From: Candidatus Uhrbacteria bacterium
Lineage (GTDB): Bacteria; Patescibacteriota; Patescibacteriia; UBA9934; GWF2-40-263
Length of the DNA stretch: 64,000 bases
Direction of reading: 5' to 3'
Assembly (NCBI GenBank): GCA_023246355.1
Contig: JAHFIQ010000001.1
Coordinates: forward strand, 286,247 to 350,246
The notes beneath the pieces were generated by a model, which worked only from the letters and a program-made list of their open reading frames with translations, was not told the origin of the DNA and did no database searches. Both the position numbers and the translations under genes were made by a program. Positions 7,751 to 17,270 of this stretch are shown piece after piece (position 1 is the stretch's first letter; each line of letters begins with the position of its first letter).

Positions 7751-10750
7751 TTGATTTTCGGGTATTCTGAGAGCGACTCTATGTCGACACATCAATACAA
7801 TCGCCAAGGGTGGAGTGGAAGAAGCCGCTCACGCATGGGACGGATGCGATCCTTCACGCGGGGTCTTTCCAAAGGAACACTCATCAAAAACGGAATCCTC
7901 CTGGGAATCGTCTGTCTCTTTGCTGGATCTCTTGGCGTCTTAGGGCTTATGGCCTTTGTGTCAAAAGATCTTCCCAATCCCAACAGTCTCACAGAACGAT
8001 CCATTTCCCAGACAACCAAAATTTACGATCGCACGGGTGAACATGTTCTGTACGAAATCTTTGGCGATGAAAACCGCACACTAAAAAAACTCCAAACCGG
8101 ATTTTGTGGAGATGACGAAAATCTTGAAACAGATGGCAGCGGCATTCCCCTGTTCGCCGTACAAGCAACCATTGCCGCAGAAGACCGAAATTTTTGTGAA
8201 CACGGTGGGTTTGACGTGAAAGGGCTCATCCGTGCCGTGTTTCAAAACCTCATCGGCAATCGCGTGGGCGGTTCCACGCTCACCCAGCAGCTGGTCAAAA
8301 ACGCCATTCTCTCAAATGAAAAAACCATTATCCGTAAAGTGAAGGAACTCATCCTCTCGCTCGCCCTTGAACGTCGGTATTCAAAAGACGAAATTCTCCA
8401 AATCTATTTCAATGAAATCCCTTACGGCTCCACCTACTACGGCATGGAGGCGGCTGCCCAAAATTATTTTGGCATCTCGGTAAACGAACTCACCCTTGCC
8501 CAAGCTGCCACACTGGCAGCGCTTCCAAAAGCTCCCACGACCTACCTCAATAATCCCGATCGTCTTCAAGCGCGACGGGATTACATTTTGGGCGAGATGC
8601 TCGAGCTTGGATTCATTGACCAATCAACGTATGACACAGCCGTGGCCGAGGCCACACCTGTGGATGTTTCGATTACCAATATCGATGCTCCCCACTTTGT
8701 TCTGTACGTGAAAGAACTTCTGGAAGAAACATATGGACGCAGCGAAGTCGAGGAAGGTGGGCTCAAGGTCACCACAACCCTCGACTATGACATGCAGATG
8801 ATCGCAGAAGAAGAGGTAAAAAAAGGAGTGGATGAAAACGTGGAAAAATATGGTCTGACCAACGCCGCTCTGGTGGCGATTGATCCAAAGACCGGACAAA
8901 TCCTTTCCATGGTCGGATCCAAAGATTATTTTGATGATTCAATCGACGGCCAGGTGAACGTTGCCACTCGACTGCGCCAGCCAGGAAGCAGCTTCAAACC
9001 CATTGTCTATACCAAAGCGTTTGAACTTGGCTACACCCCAAACACGGTTCTCTGGGACGTGGAAACAACCTTTCCAACCGTGACCGGTGACTACACACCA
9101 CACAACTACGACGGAAGCGAACATGGTCCCATTCGTATTTTGAATGCGCTGCAACTCTCACTCAATATTCCTGCGGTCAAAATGGTGTACATGGTGGGCG
9201 TGGAAAACGCGCTGGATTTTGCCACCAGCCTTGGCTATACCTCCTTTGGTGACCACTCAGCATTTGGGATGTCTGTGGTGTTGGGTGGCGGCGAGGTGCA
9301 ACTGTTGGAACACACCGCGGCCTATGGTGTGCTCGCCAACGAAGGCGTGAAAAACGAAACCGTTTCCATTTTGAAAGTGGAAGATGCTGATGGTGAAGTC
9401 CTTGAGGAGTGGAAACAAAAAGAAGGGAAACGCGTGATCGACGAAAACATCGCAAGAATGACGAGCTATGTCCTGTCCAACAATGAGGCTCGCACTCCTG
9501 TGTTTGGTGCCAATAGTTATCTTCAGTTGGGTGAGAGACCTGTGGCAGCCAAAACTGGAACCACGAACGATTACCGCGATGGATGGTTGATGGGTTACAC
9601 GCCGTCCTTGGTTGCAGGTGTCTGGGTGGGAAACAACGACAACACTCCCATGAACAAAGCGGGTGGATCGATTGGTGCGGGACCTATCTGGAATGGATTC
9701 ATGAAACGCGTGATGGAAGGAAGGCCCATCGAAACCTTCGCGTCCCCTGAGATCAAACAAACAGGCAAGGCGGTCTTGGACGGTGAGATTGGCTCTACGA
9801 CCGTGACGATCGATCGTGCATCAGGGAAACTGGCAACCGAATACACCCCAGATTCTTATCGTGAAGAAAAAACGTTCGCCCAGTACCATTCTCTTTTGCA
9901 CTACGTGGACCGAGATGATCCACTGGGTCCTGTCCCAGAACATCCTGAAGAAGACGAACAGTACAGCGCCTGGGAAGCAGGCATCCAAACATGGCTTGCA
10001 AAAAAAGCTGCGGAGACTGGTGTGAAAATCTCAAGCGAAGATCCACCAACAGAGGAAGACGACCTGCATGTGCCAGGAAATTTTCCGTCTGTAAAAATTA
10101 CCTCACCTGATAAGAACGATTCCATCGACAGTCGCACACTCACAATGGACATCTCAGCCGATGCTCCGCGTGGTGTGGCGCGAGCTGAGTTCTATATCGA
10201 TGGCCAATATCTTGGTTCTGACTCTGCCTCACCCTACTCCTTGACCACCACGCTTCCCAGCTCTGTGGGCCGTGGTGTGCATACGGTGAAAGCCATCGCC
10301 TACGACGACATTGATAACGCAGGTTCTGACACGGTCACCATCACGGTCAATTCGGAGGGAAGCGACACGAGCTTCGAACTCATTGATCCCAAAAACGGAC
10401 AAAGCATCGAGGCCTCAAGCGCTCCCTACACGATCGTCGTGTCCATTGATGATCCAGAATCGTACCGATCCGTCAGTGTCTACGTTGAATCACTCGGCTC
10501 GGGATCTGAACAACTCATTGGGCAAACCTTGAACCCCAGTTCGCCCTTTCTTACATTCGACTGGACTCTGCCTGAATCTGGCACCTGGGCCTTATCTGCC
10601 CGTGCCTTATCTGAGGACAGATCTGAACTTTCTACGGCTGGAACGTTGGTTGAGATTGTAGAAAAAGCAGAAGCGGATTCGACAACAGAATCCGCTCCAG
10701 AAGACGAAACCGAAATTTTCGTTCCAGAAACGGATTTGAATTTGTTCTAA
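7751..10750 (+). CDS. class A penicillin-binding protein (PBP1A-type transglycosylase/transpeptidase) with about 280 aa C-terminal Ig-like extension
   Basis: TM anchor ILLGIVCLFAGSLGVLGLMAFV. GT51 motifs EDRNFCEHGGFD and GGSTLTQQLVKN. Transpeptidase motifs SSFKP, SLN and KTGTT. The C-terminus has repeated Ig/Big-like segments. The start could be a later Met (7781 or 7835). Confidence 0.9.
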   Translation: MIFGYSESDSMSTHQYNRQGWSGRSRSRMGRMRSFTRGLSKGTLIKNGILLGIVCLFAGSLGVLGLMAFVSKDLPNPNSLTERSISQTTKIYDRTGEHVLYEIFGDENRTLKKLQTGFCGDDENLETDGSGIPLFAVQATIAAEDRNFCEHGGFDVKGLIRAVFQNLIGNRVGGSTLTQQLVKNAILSNEKTIIRKVKELILSLALERRYSKDEILQIYFNEIPYGSTYYGMEAAAQNYFGISVNELTLAQAATLAALPKAPTTYLNNPDRLQARRDYILGEMLELGFIDQSTYDTAVAEATPVDVSITNIDAPHFVLYVKELLEETYGRSEVEEGGLKVTTTLDYDMQMIAEEEVKKGVDENVEKYGLTNAALVAIDPKTGQILSMVGSKDYFDDSIDGQVNVATRLRQPGSSFKPIVYTKAFELGYTPNTVLWDVETTFPTVTGDYTPHNYDGSEHGPIRILNALQLSLNIPAVKMVYMVGVENALDFATSLGYTSFGDHSAFGMSVVLGGGEVQLLEHTAAYGVLANEGVKNETVSILKVEDADGEVLEEWKQKEGKRVIDENIARMTSYVLSNNEARTPVFGANSYLQLGERPVAAKTGTTNDYRDGWLMGYTPSLVAGVWVGNNDNTPMNKAGGSIGAGPIWNGFMKRVMEGRPIETFASPEIKQTGKAVLDGEIGSTTVTIDRASGKLATEYTPDSYREEKTFAQYHSLLHYVDRDDPLGPVPEHPEEDEQYSAWEAGIQTWLAKKAAETGVKISSEDPPTEEDDLHVPGNFPSVKITSPDKNDSIDSRTLTMDISADAPRGVARAEFYIDGQYLGSDSASPYSLTTTLPSSVGRGVHTVKAIAYDDIDNAGSDTVTITVNSEGSDTSFELIDPKNGQSIEASSAPYTIVVSIDDPESYRSVSVYVESLGSGSEQLIGQTLNPSSPFLTFDWTLPESGTWALSARALSEDRSELSTAGTLVEIVEKAEADSTTESAPEDETEIFVPETDLNLF

Positions 10751-10804
10751 CCATTGACATCGTGTCAAAAAAGGTGTCCAATCCCTGTAGGTTGTGAGGT
10801 CAGC

Positions 10805-12274
10805 ATGTTCCGTTCTTTCTGTGTTGTGCTTCTTTCTTCCCTGCTCACGGCAAGGTGCAACGGGCCCGCCAGTGATGCTGCTTCTTCTCACACAGGTGAG
10901 ACACAGACCTCGTCCGATCACCGCATTGAAAACGTGGTGATCGTCACCCTGGATGCCACCTCGGCCCAGTTTCAGGACAGCATTGAATTCGAACCCCTGC
11001 GTACGTTTCTGAGTGAGAACGGTTATCTGAGACTCCAGAACTACATCGACTCTGCCACCTGGACGACCGAGGCCATTGGCAGACTCACGAGTGGGCGTCA
11101 CCTGGATCTCACCCCCGGCTACTACGCAGAAGAAGCTGAGTACGGAAAAGCCGGACTCCCTTCCACGGTTCCCTCCGTGTTCACGCTCGCGGGCCAAAAC
11201 GGATGGCAGGTCCAGTACAGCACCCAGAATCCTCTTGCCGGTGTGCACAGTGGTCTTGCCCAAGGAGTGCCTGAGGAGTACTACAACGCAGGCGCTGGGA
11301 CGGTCAACGATGTTCCGGAGGGAGACCCGCTGTGGGACCGACAGGAGACGGAGCTTCAATTTCAGACAGCGAGTGCGCAACTGGACGCATGGCAAGCAGA
11401 GAATCCAGACGCGCAGACGCTCTCATGGCTTCATCTCATGTCGCTGCACGATCCCTTCACCTCAGACGTGATGGATCCATCCTGTTGGCCAGATGTCCAA
11501 AGCCTCGCAAGCTCCTGCTCATGGGAGGACTTGCTGGTACAGGGTGGGCCTGGAGCGATGCAGACCAACTACCATCCTCCCAGTGAGGAAGACGCTGAGG
11601 CTTGTGAAGCCGCCTACAAAGCGGCAGACCTGTGCATCGCAAGGGGGTCCATTCCAGCGCTCGTCTCAGGACTCACCCAGATGCAAGACGCAGGACACCT
11701 TGGTTCTGACACCCTGCTCATGGTCTCCAATGACCATGGGGAATGCACGGGAGCCGAGTTCTCCTGGGACCAGGATGATAATCGCGATGGGGTCAGCGAT
11801 CTTGATCGCTGCTGGTTGCACTACCGTCCCTACCTCATCGACGATCAGGTGCAGGGTATGGGATGGATCGGCTGGCAGGGAATGGCACCAGAGGACTTCG
11901 TGGTAAGCGGCGCGACCTCAGAAGTCGATCTGGTTCCAACGATCCTGGACCTCACTGGGATGGATCCTGGAACCGCGACGTTTGATGGGATCGACATGCG
12001 CGAGGCGAGTCCAGAACGAAACGTGATGACGGTTTTCTGGAATGCCGAGACGCAGCGTCCCGTGTACCGAGTCACCTCAGGTGACGGCGCCTACGCCCTT
12101 TCCTGGTCGCCAGAAACTCCCACAGATGTCTTCGTGAACCGCGAACGCGACCCAGAGTTTCTCGTGAACCTGAGTGACAACCCAGATGCCTGGACAAAGG
12201 ACGAGCTGGTCAGGTACCAGGAAATGTCCGCTCAACTGAATGACTACTACGATGCGTTTCTCGCTGTGCAGTAG
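10805..12274 (+). CDS. secreted sulfatase/alkaline-phosphatase-superfamily hydrolase (non-canonical active-site motif)
   Basis: Signal peptide MFRSFCVVLLSSLLTARC. Sulfatase-like motifs HLMSLHDPF, LMVSNDHGE and DLVPTILDLTGM. The N-terminal CxPxR formylglycine motif is not seen (VTLDATSAQ instead). GAGG lies upstream of the ATG at 10805. GC is visibly higher than in neighbouring genes. Confidence 0.55.
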   Translation: MFRSFCVVLLSSLLTARCNGPASDAASSHTGETQTSSDHRIENVVIVTLDATSAQFQDSIEFEPLRTFLSENGYLRLQNYIDSATWTTEAIGRLTSGRHLDLTPGYYAEEAEYGKAGLPSTVPSVFTLAGQNGWQVQYSTQNPLAGVHSGLAQGVPEEYYNAGAGTVNDVPEGDPLWDRQETELQFQTASAQLDAWQAENPDAQTLSWLHLMSLHDPFTSDVMDPSCWPDVQSLASSCSWEDLLVQGGPGAMQTNYHPPSEEDAEACEAAYKAADLCIARGSIPALVSGLTQMQDAGHLGSDTLLMVSNDHGECTGAEFSWDQDDNRDGVSDLDRCWLHYRPYLIDDQVQGMGWIGWQGMAPEDFVVSGATSEVDLVPTILDLTGMDPGTATFDGIDMREASPERNVMTVFWNAETQRPVYRVTSGDGAYALSWSPETPTDVFVNRERDPEFLVNLSDNPDAWTKDELVRYQEMSAQLNDYYDAFLAVQ

Positions 12275-12286
12275 TCGCTCCCACGT

Positions 12287-12316
12287 CCCCTCGACCCATC
12301 GAGGGTTTTATTTTTC
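12287..12316 (+). terminator. rho-independent terminator (CCCTCGA-ccca-TCGAGGG + TTTTATTTTTCT)
   Basis: Perfect 7 bp stem followed by a long T-tract immediately after the stop of the sulfatase-like gene. Convergent with livF. Confidence 0.7.
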
Positions 12317-13024
12317 TCACGTCAAAAACGCATCGCGCATCAGGTTCTCGCTGCCGAGCTCCGCGGCGGAGCCAGCAAAACGTATCTGTCCGGCCGCAAG
12401 CAAGTATCCTCGATCAACGTACTGAAGAGCGAGACGAACGTTTTGTTCAACCACGAGGATCGTGGTGCCGGATTGTCTCAGTCGCTCAAGAGTTTGAAAA
12501 ACTTCATGCATGAGTTTGGGAGAAAGCCCAAGTGAGGGCTCGTCCAACATCAACAACTCAGGGGTCATCATGAGAGCTCTGCCGATCGCGAGTTGTTGTT
12601 GCTGACCTCCCGACAGACTGCCGGCGCGGGATCGATATTTTTCTTTCAACGCAGGAAAGATCTCGTACACTCGTTCCTTGTTTTGACGCAGTGTTTGTTT
12701 GTGATCGATAGAATAGCCACCCATGTCGAGATTTTCCTCAACCGTGAGCGACGGAAACACGAGCCGACCTTGAGGCACGTAGCCAATACCTTCTTCAATG
12801 AGCGCATGCGTTGGAAGCTTTGTGATGTCTGACCCACGAAAGTGTATTTCACCAGCTGTTTTGGTCGTGAGCCCAAAGACAGATTTGAGAACTGTCGACT
12901 TCCCTGCGCCGTTTGGACCAATGAGCACAACCATCTCGCCCGGAAGAATCTCAAGACCTACGTCCTGCAGGACGGTTGAGTCCCCGTAGCCAGCGGAAAG
13001 ATTTTTGATCGTAAGCAAACTCAT
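12317..13024 (-). CDS. livF: branched-chain amino acid ABC transporter ATP-binding protein
   Basis: Walker A GPNGAGKST, signature LSGGQQQ, Walker B LLMLDEPSLGL. 235 aa, last gene of the liv operon. Confidence 0.9.
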   Translation of the reverse strand: MSLLTIKNLSAGYGDSTVLQDVGLEILPGEMVVLIGPNGAGKSTVLKSVFGLTTKTAGEIHFRGSDITKLPTHALIEEGIGYVPQGRLVFPSLTVEENLDMGGYSIDHKQTLRQNKERVYEIFPALKEKYRSRAGSLSGGQQQQLAIGRALMMTPELLMLDEPSLGLSPKLMHEVFQTLERLRQSGTTILVVEQNVRLALQYVDRGYLLAAGQIRFAGSAAELGSENLMRDAFLT

Positions 13025-13563
13025 AGACTTGCCGCAGGAAAAAAATCTGGTTGATGAAAATCAGGTTCAGTCCCAGGAAGCGCGCCAAAGGCCAAGAAGT
13101 GTGAACCCATGATCGCAAAGGCGTTGATCGCACGTAGATTCTCGGGAACGATTTTCCATGGGATGGTCACCTCACTCACCCATTGTTTTTCAGACGTCTT
13201 TTCAAATCGAATGACCGGCCGAAGGGTTTCAAACGTATTGGATCTTCGACGAATCGAATCAAACCCAAGCAGCAAAAAATGTCCTCCCGCTCCCAACTCC
13301 AACTCAACATATTGATGTCCAGGCCCCACGAGGAACAGCTCCACCACATCAAAATTCCAAAGCCCTTCAACGCGTGACCCCATCGGTGCCTCGGGGACAC
13401 GTTGTTCCAGCAGCAAGGGAGCTAGAGCGCGAACATGCAGCCCGTCCTTGATCTGTGAGACCTGAAGATCTGCCCACAGACGATCGTCAGGGCACATGCT
13501 TCCATTCCACAGGTGATCCATGTGAAGCGTCAGAATTTCTGGATGATGAGGGATGAGAATCAT
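13021..13563 (-). CDS. hypothetical protein inserted between livG and livF; possible CBM9-like/DOMON-like domain
   Basis: 180 aa, no TM, ends ...GSHFLAFGALPGTEPDFHQPDFF. This resembles the C-terminal DFH(R/Q)P motif of CBM9-like domains (weak, from memory). It overlaps livG and livF by 4 nt each (ATGA), i.e. it is translationally coupled. Confidence 0.45.
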   Translation of the reverse strand: MILIPHHPEILTLHMDHLWNGSMCPDDRLWADLQVSQIKDGLHVRALAPLLLEQRVPEAPMGSRVEGLWNFDVVELFLVGPGHQYVELELGAGGHFLLLGFDSIRRRSNTFETLRPVIRFEKTSEKQWVSEVTIPWKIVPENLRAINAFAIMGSHFLAFGALPGTEPDFHQPDFFPAASL

Positions 13564-14300
13564 AGAGAACCAAGATAGGCATCCAAGACGACTGTGTTTT
13601 TAAAAATTGACTCTGGAGTCCCCTTTGCAAGTACCGCGCCCTGATCCATCACGATGACATGCTGTACAACTGCGCGGACAAAGTCCATGTCGTGTTCGAT
13701 CAGCAAAATCGTTTCGCCTTTCTCCTGCAACTGCTTCAAGAGAGTCTTGAACTGCTCGCGCAGCACAGGATTCACGCCCGCCACAGGTTCGTCGAGCATC
13801 AAAAATGTGTGAGGATTCAAGAGGGCCCGGGCAAGATCAAACAATTTTTGCTGACCATAGGAAAGTTCCATCACGGGCGCTTGGGGATTCTTTTCAAGTC
13901 CAACAAACGCGAGCATCTCGTGAACCGTCTTTTTTTCTTGCGCATCCTGTGAAGCCCCTCGCAACCACATCCGCACGAATTGATCGTCGTCGCACCGCAA
14001 TGCCAGCAGTAAATTTTCTTCAATCGATAAATTTTTGAACAGCCGTGCGAGCTGAAACGTTCTTGAAATTCCCAACCTGGCTCTGCGCCACGCCGGAAGT
14101 CCTTTGAGCTCATGGCCGTCAAAGAGCATGGATCCCGCCTCTGCTTCTATCAGTCCAGACACCAGATGGAACACCGTTGTTTTTCCAGCGCCGTTTGGAC
14201 CCACCAGCGCCGTGATCGCATTTTTTGGAACTTCAAAACATACGTCATCAACAGCCTTTACGCCTCCGAAAGATTTGGTGAGGTTTGAAATATTCAACAT
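13560..14300 (-). CDS. livG: branched-chain amino acid ABC transporter ATP-binding protein
   Basis: Walker A GPNGAGKTT, Walker B FLMLDEPVAGV, ABC signature LSYGQQK. 246 aa. Confidence 0.9.
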   Translation of the reverse strand: MLNISNLTKSFGGVKAVDDVCFEVPKNAITALVGPNGAGKTTVFHLVSGLIEAEAGSMLFDGHELKGLPAWRRARLGISRTFQLARLFKNLSIEENLLLALRCDDDQFVRMWLRGASQDAQEKKTVHEMLAFVGLEKNPQAPVMELSYGQQKLFDLARALLNPHTFLMLDEPVAGVNPVLREQFKTLLKQLQEKGETILLIEHDMDFVRAVVQHVIVMDQGAVLAKGTPESIFKNTVVLDAYLGSL

Positions 14301-14301
14301 A

Positions 14302-15195
14302 CTAGCTCTCCAACTCTGCTCGGCCCATCAACCCTCGAGGACGCCGCAAGATAATGAAAAGAAGCAAACACATCATGATCATGAGTCTCAAAGGTCCTAT
14401 GAGACTTGATGGGAATGATAAAAATCGCAGAGGTTCCAAAAGCGCAAACAAGATAACCACCCCCACAACGGTTCCGCGCATGCTGGCCACCCCGCCGATC
14501 ATCATGCCAGAGAGAGCACTCACAAGCAGATCCAGCCAGAATGAATTTGGAGCAATGAACTGAACAAAGTGCGCAAGAAGCGCACCAGCCATCCCAACAA
14601 TAAAACCAGAAATCATCATGGCTATAAGTTTGAGTTTGAACACAGGCTTGCCCAGCATTTGCGCCACTTCCTCATCATCTCGCACCGCCTCAAGTGCACG
14701 ACCAAACGGAGAGTGAACAAGACGATCGAGAAATAAAAATGTCGTTGCGGTGATGCACGCGACCAACAGAAGGTACATCGAATTGCTCAGAAACATCTCT
14801 GGCCGTGGAATGCCTGGGATGCCGAGCGTTCCACGCGTCACAGATTCCCCGTTCACCAGAACAGCGAACACGACAAATAAAAATCCCAGCGTCACAAGCG
14901 CGTAGTAGTCGCCTTTTATTTTTTTGGCAGGGAGAGCAAGGATCCCAGCCACGCACATCGTGAGAAGACCGGCCGCCAGAAGCCCAAGGGCAAACGGCAG
15001 GTGAAAATTTTTCACCAGAATCGCACTGACGTACGCACCGATCCCCATCAGTCCCACATGTCCGAGATTCAAGAGCCCTGTGTAGCCCACGACCAAATTG
15101 AACGACAGAGACATCAAGATGTAAATGCCAATGAGACTCCCTAAGTGGATGAGATAGGCATCCATACTAACTAAACCGTCGGCCAAAAAGGCCAT
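14302..15195 (-). CDS. livM: branched-chain amino acid ABC transporter permease
   Basis: 297 aa, multi-TM, typical LivM pattern (GYTGLLNLGHVGLMGIGAYVSA). Confidence 0.85.
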   Translation of the reverse strand: MAFLADGLVSMDAYLIHLGSLIGIYILMSLSFNLVVGYTGLLNLGHVGLMGIGAYVSAILVKNFHLPFALGLLAAGLLTMCVAGILALPAKKIKGDYYALVTLGFLFVVFAVLVNGESVTRGTLGIPGIPRPEMFLSNSMYLLLVACITATTFLFLDRLVHSPFGRALEAVRDDEEVAQMLGKPVFKLKLIAMMISGFIVGMAGALLAHFVQFIAPNSFWLDLLVSALSGMMIGGVASMRGTVVGVVILFALLEPLRFLSFPSSLIGPLRLMIMMCLLLFIILRRPRGLMGRAELES

Positions 15196-16033
15196 GAGGT
15201 TTCATGAGCAGAAAAATAAACAGCAGTGTGAAGGCCATCGCGTTTCTCCACGAGGAGCCTAAGTACCACACAGACGCTTGTTCAACCCCCGAGAGCAAGA
15301 GGCTTCCCACAATCGCGCCCGTCATTGATCCAGGACCTCCGATGACCGCGGCGGTAAACCCCTTGATCGCCATCATGACACCCATGTTGGGATCGAGATT
15401 AAACTCAAGCGCATAAAAAATCGCCGCCACGCCTGCCAGAGCGGAACCCAGTGCAAAGGTGAGACGACGGATCTGGCGAGTATCAATTCCAAGCACAGAT
15501 GCCACCACTTCATTGTCAGCGGTCGCCCGCATGGTTTTGCCAAAACGTGTGTGGGTTGAAAGAAGGTGAAGAAGAAAAAAGATCACAACGGTCGTGGCCA
15601 TCAGAAGAAGCTGAAGTGTTGTGACATGAGCGCCAACAATCACGTGAACCTGGCTTGAGAAACCAAGCGATTGATTCTGCCCGCCGAAAATCGCAATGAT
15701 GAGCGCACCTGAGATCATCAAAAGAGCGATCGTGGCAATGAGATACCCAAGCCCTTTGGAATTTCGCCGCCTGAGTGGTTCGTAGACAAGTTCGTTCATG
15801 ACCAGTCCCAAGACCGTGCTTGTCACGATTGCCATGAGCGCGGATAAAACGATATTCCATGAAAGGACGGAGGTGGTAAACCAAAACGCGTACGCAGACA
15901 AAGCAATCACCCCGCCGTGAGCCAAATGAAACACCCGCGTGGTTGAATAAATGAAAACAAGCCCAGAGGCGAGCAGTGCATAAATACAAGCAGCGATGAG
16001 GCCATGAAAGACGAGCTCGACAAAAACATCCAT
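15167..16033 (-). CDS. livH: branched-chain amino acid ABC transporter permease
   Basis: 288 aa, multi-TM, LivH-like. Overlaps livM by 29 nt. Confidence 0.85.
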   Translation of the reverse strand: MDVFVELVFHGLIAACIYALLASGLVFIYSTTRVFHLAHGGVIALSAYAFWFTTSVLSWNIVLSALMAIVTSTVLGLVMNELVYEPLRRRNSKGLGYLIATIALLMISGALIIAIFGGQNQSLGFSSQVHVIVGAHVTTLQLLLMATTVVIFFLLHLLSTHTRFGKTMRATADNEVVASVLGIDTRQIRRLTFALGSALAGVAAIFYALEFNLDPNMGVMMAIKGFTAAVIGGPGSMTGAIVGSLLLSGVEQASVWYLGSSWRNAMAFTLLFIFLLMKPHGLFGRRFS

Positions 16034-16090
16034 AGTGGGTCTATCCTAGCAAATACAAAAGACGAGAGCCATTGCCCTCGTCTTTTTTTC

Positions 16091-17257
16091 TTACTTTGTT
16101 GTTTCAACTTCTGGCACCACGTTGGCTTGTGCTTGCAAAGGCACAAGCGCACCACTAATCGCCTGAACGAGGGTCAGTTCTACTTCAGCGTCTCCGTTCT
16201 CATCAAAGTTGAATGTCCCAATCGCACCTGGCCAATCAACGACCTGGTAGCCGAAGTAGCCAGCCACAGCCTCTGCGTCTTCTCCAACGCTTCCAACTGC
16301 CTCTGCGAGCAGGTAGACGCTGTCATAGGCAGAGGCGGTGTAGGCCACGAACTCAGGCGAGTTGCCATACATCGCCTCGTAGGCAGTAAGCATGTCGACC
16401 GCCTTCCCTTCGCTTGGCAACTGAACCTCAGCCATCACAACTTCTTCATACAAAGATGGGTTCGCCGCGATCGCTGATCGGTCGATCATGGCGTTATTGG
16501 CAAACACGGCCACGTTCATGCCTGATTCGGCAATCTGTTTCAAGATGAGTTCTCCAGCGGCTGGACTCTGAGGACTCACGTAGACCATCTGGGGATTGGC
16601 CGCGCGCAACTTGGTAATCAGCGTTCGAAAATCTGTTTCACCGGAGTTGAATGTCTCATCAAAAACAACTTCTCCTGTGTAGGACGCCTTGAATGCATTT
16701 CTCACGCCTTGGGCAAAATCTGTTGTCTCTGAAATAATCGCCGCGCGCATCTGACCGGTGGACTCAGCATAGCTTGCTACCATCTTGGCTTCAAAATCAT
16801 CAGAAGGATAGGTGCGGAACACCAGATCTCCTGCGTCTGTGATGTCAGGGCTGGTGGCAGAAGGCGAGAGCAAGAGCACACGGGCGGCCTGCGTAATGGG
16901 TGCAGCAGCAAGGGTTTCTCCAGAGCAGGTTCCACCCAAAATAAACTTGACCCCATCCACACTCACGAGCTTCTGTGTGGCTGTGGTGGCCGCCGCCCCA
17001 TCGCATTTGGAATCTTCGTACACGAGTTCGATATTTTTGCCGTTTACGCCACCAGCGGCATTGATCTGTGAGACCGCAAGATCATAGGCGCGCTGCATGG
17101 CTGTCCCATAGCTTGCTGCGTCCCCGGTGAGCGGGGTGAGCACACCGACTTTGAGTGTTCCTCCTGATCCGCCCGTTGCAGAAAAATACACGAAACCGAG
17201 CACGATAAGGACGATTCCGATCGTCCACAGAAGGGCGTTGTTGTTCTTTTCGGCCAT
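16091..17257 (-). CDS. livK: branched-chain amino acid ABC transporter substrate-binding protein (PBP type 1)
   Basis: 388 aa. N-terminal membrane anchor, then LKVGVLTPLTGDAASYGTAMQRAYDLAVSQINAAGGVNGKNIELVYEDSKCD, typical of Leu/Ile/Val-binding proteins. Confidence 0.85.
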   Translation of the reverse strand: MAEKNNNALLWTIGIVLIVLGFVYFSATGGSGGTLKVGVLTPLTGDAASYGTAMQRAYDLAVSQINAAGGVNGKNIELVYEDSKCDGAAATTATQKLVSVDGVKFILGGTCSGETLAAAPITQAARVLLLSPSATSPDITDAGDLVFRTYPSDDFEAKMVASYAESTGQMRAAIISETTDFAQGVRNAFKASYTGEVVFDETFNSGETDFRTLITKLRAANPQMVYVSPQSPAAGELILKQIAESGMNVAVFANNAMIDRSAIAANPSLYEEVVMAEVQLPSEGKAVDMLTAYEAMYGNSPEFVAYTASAYDSVYLLAEAVGSVGEDAEAVAGYFGYQVVDWPGAIGTFNFDENGDAEVELTLVQAISGALVPLQAQANVVPEVETTK

Positions 17258-17270
17258 AGAGATTTAGTTG

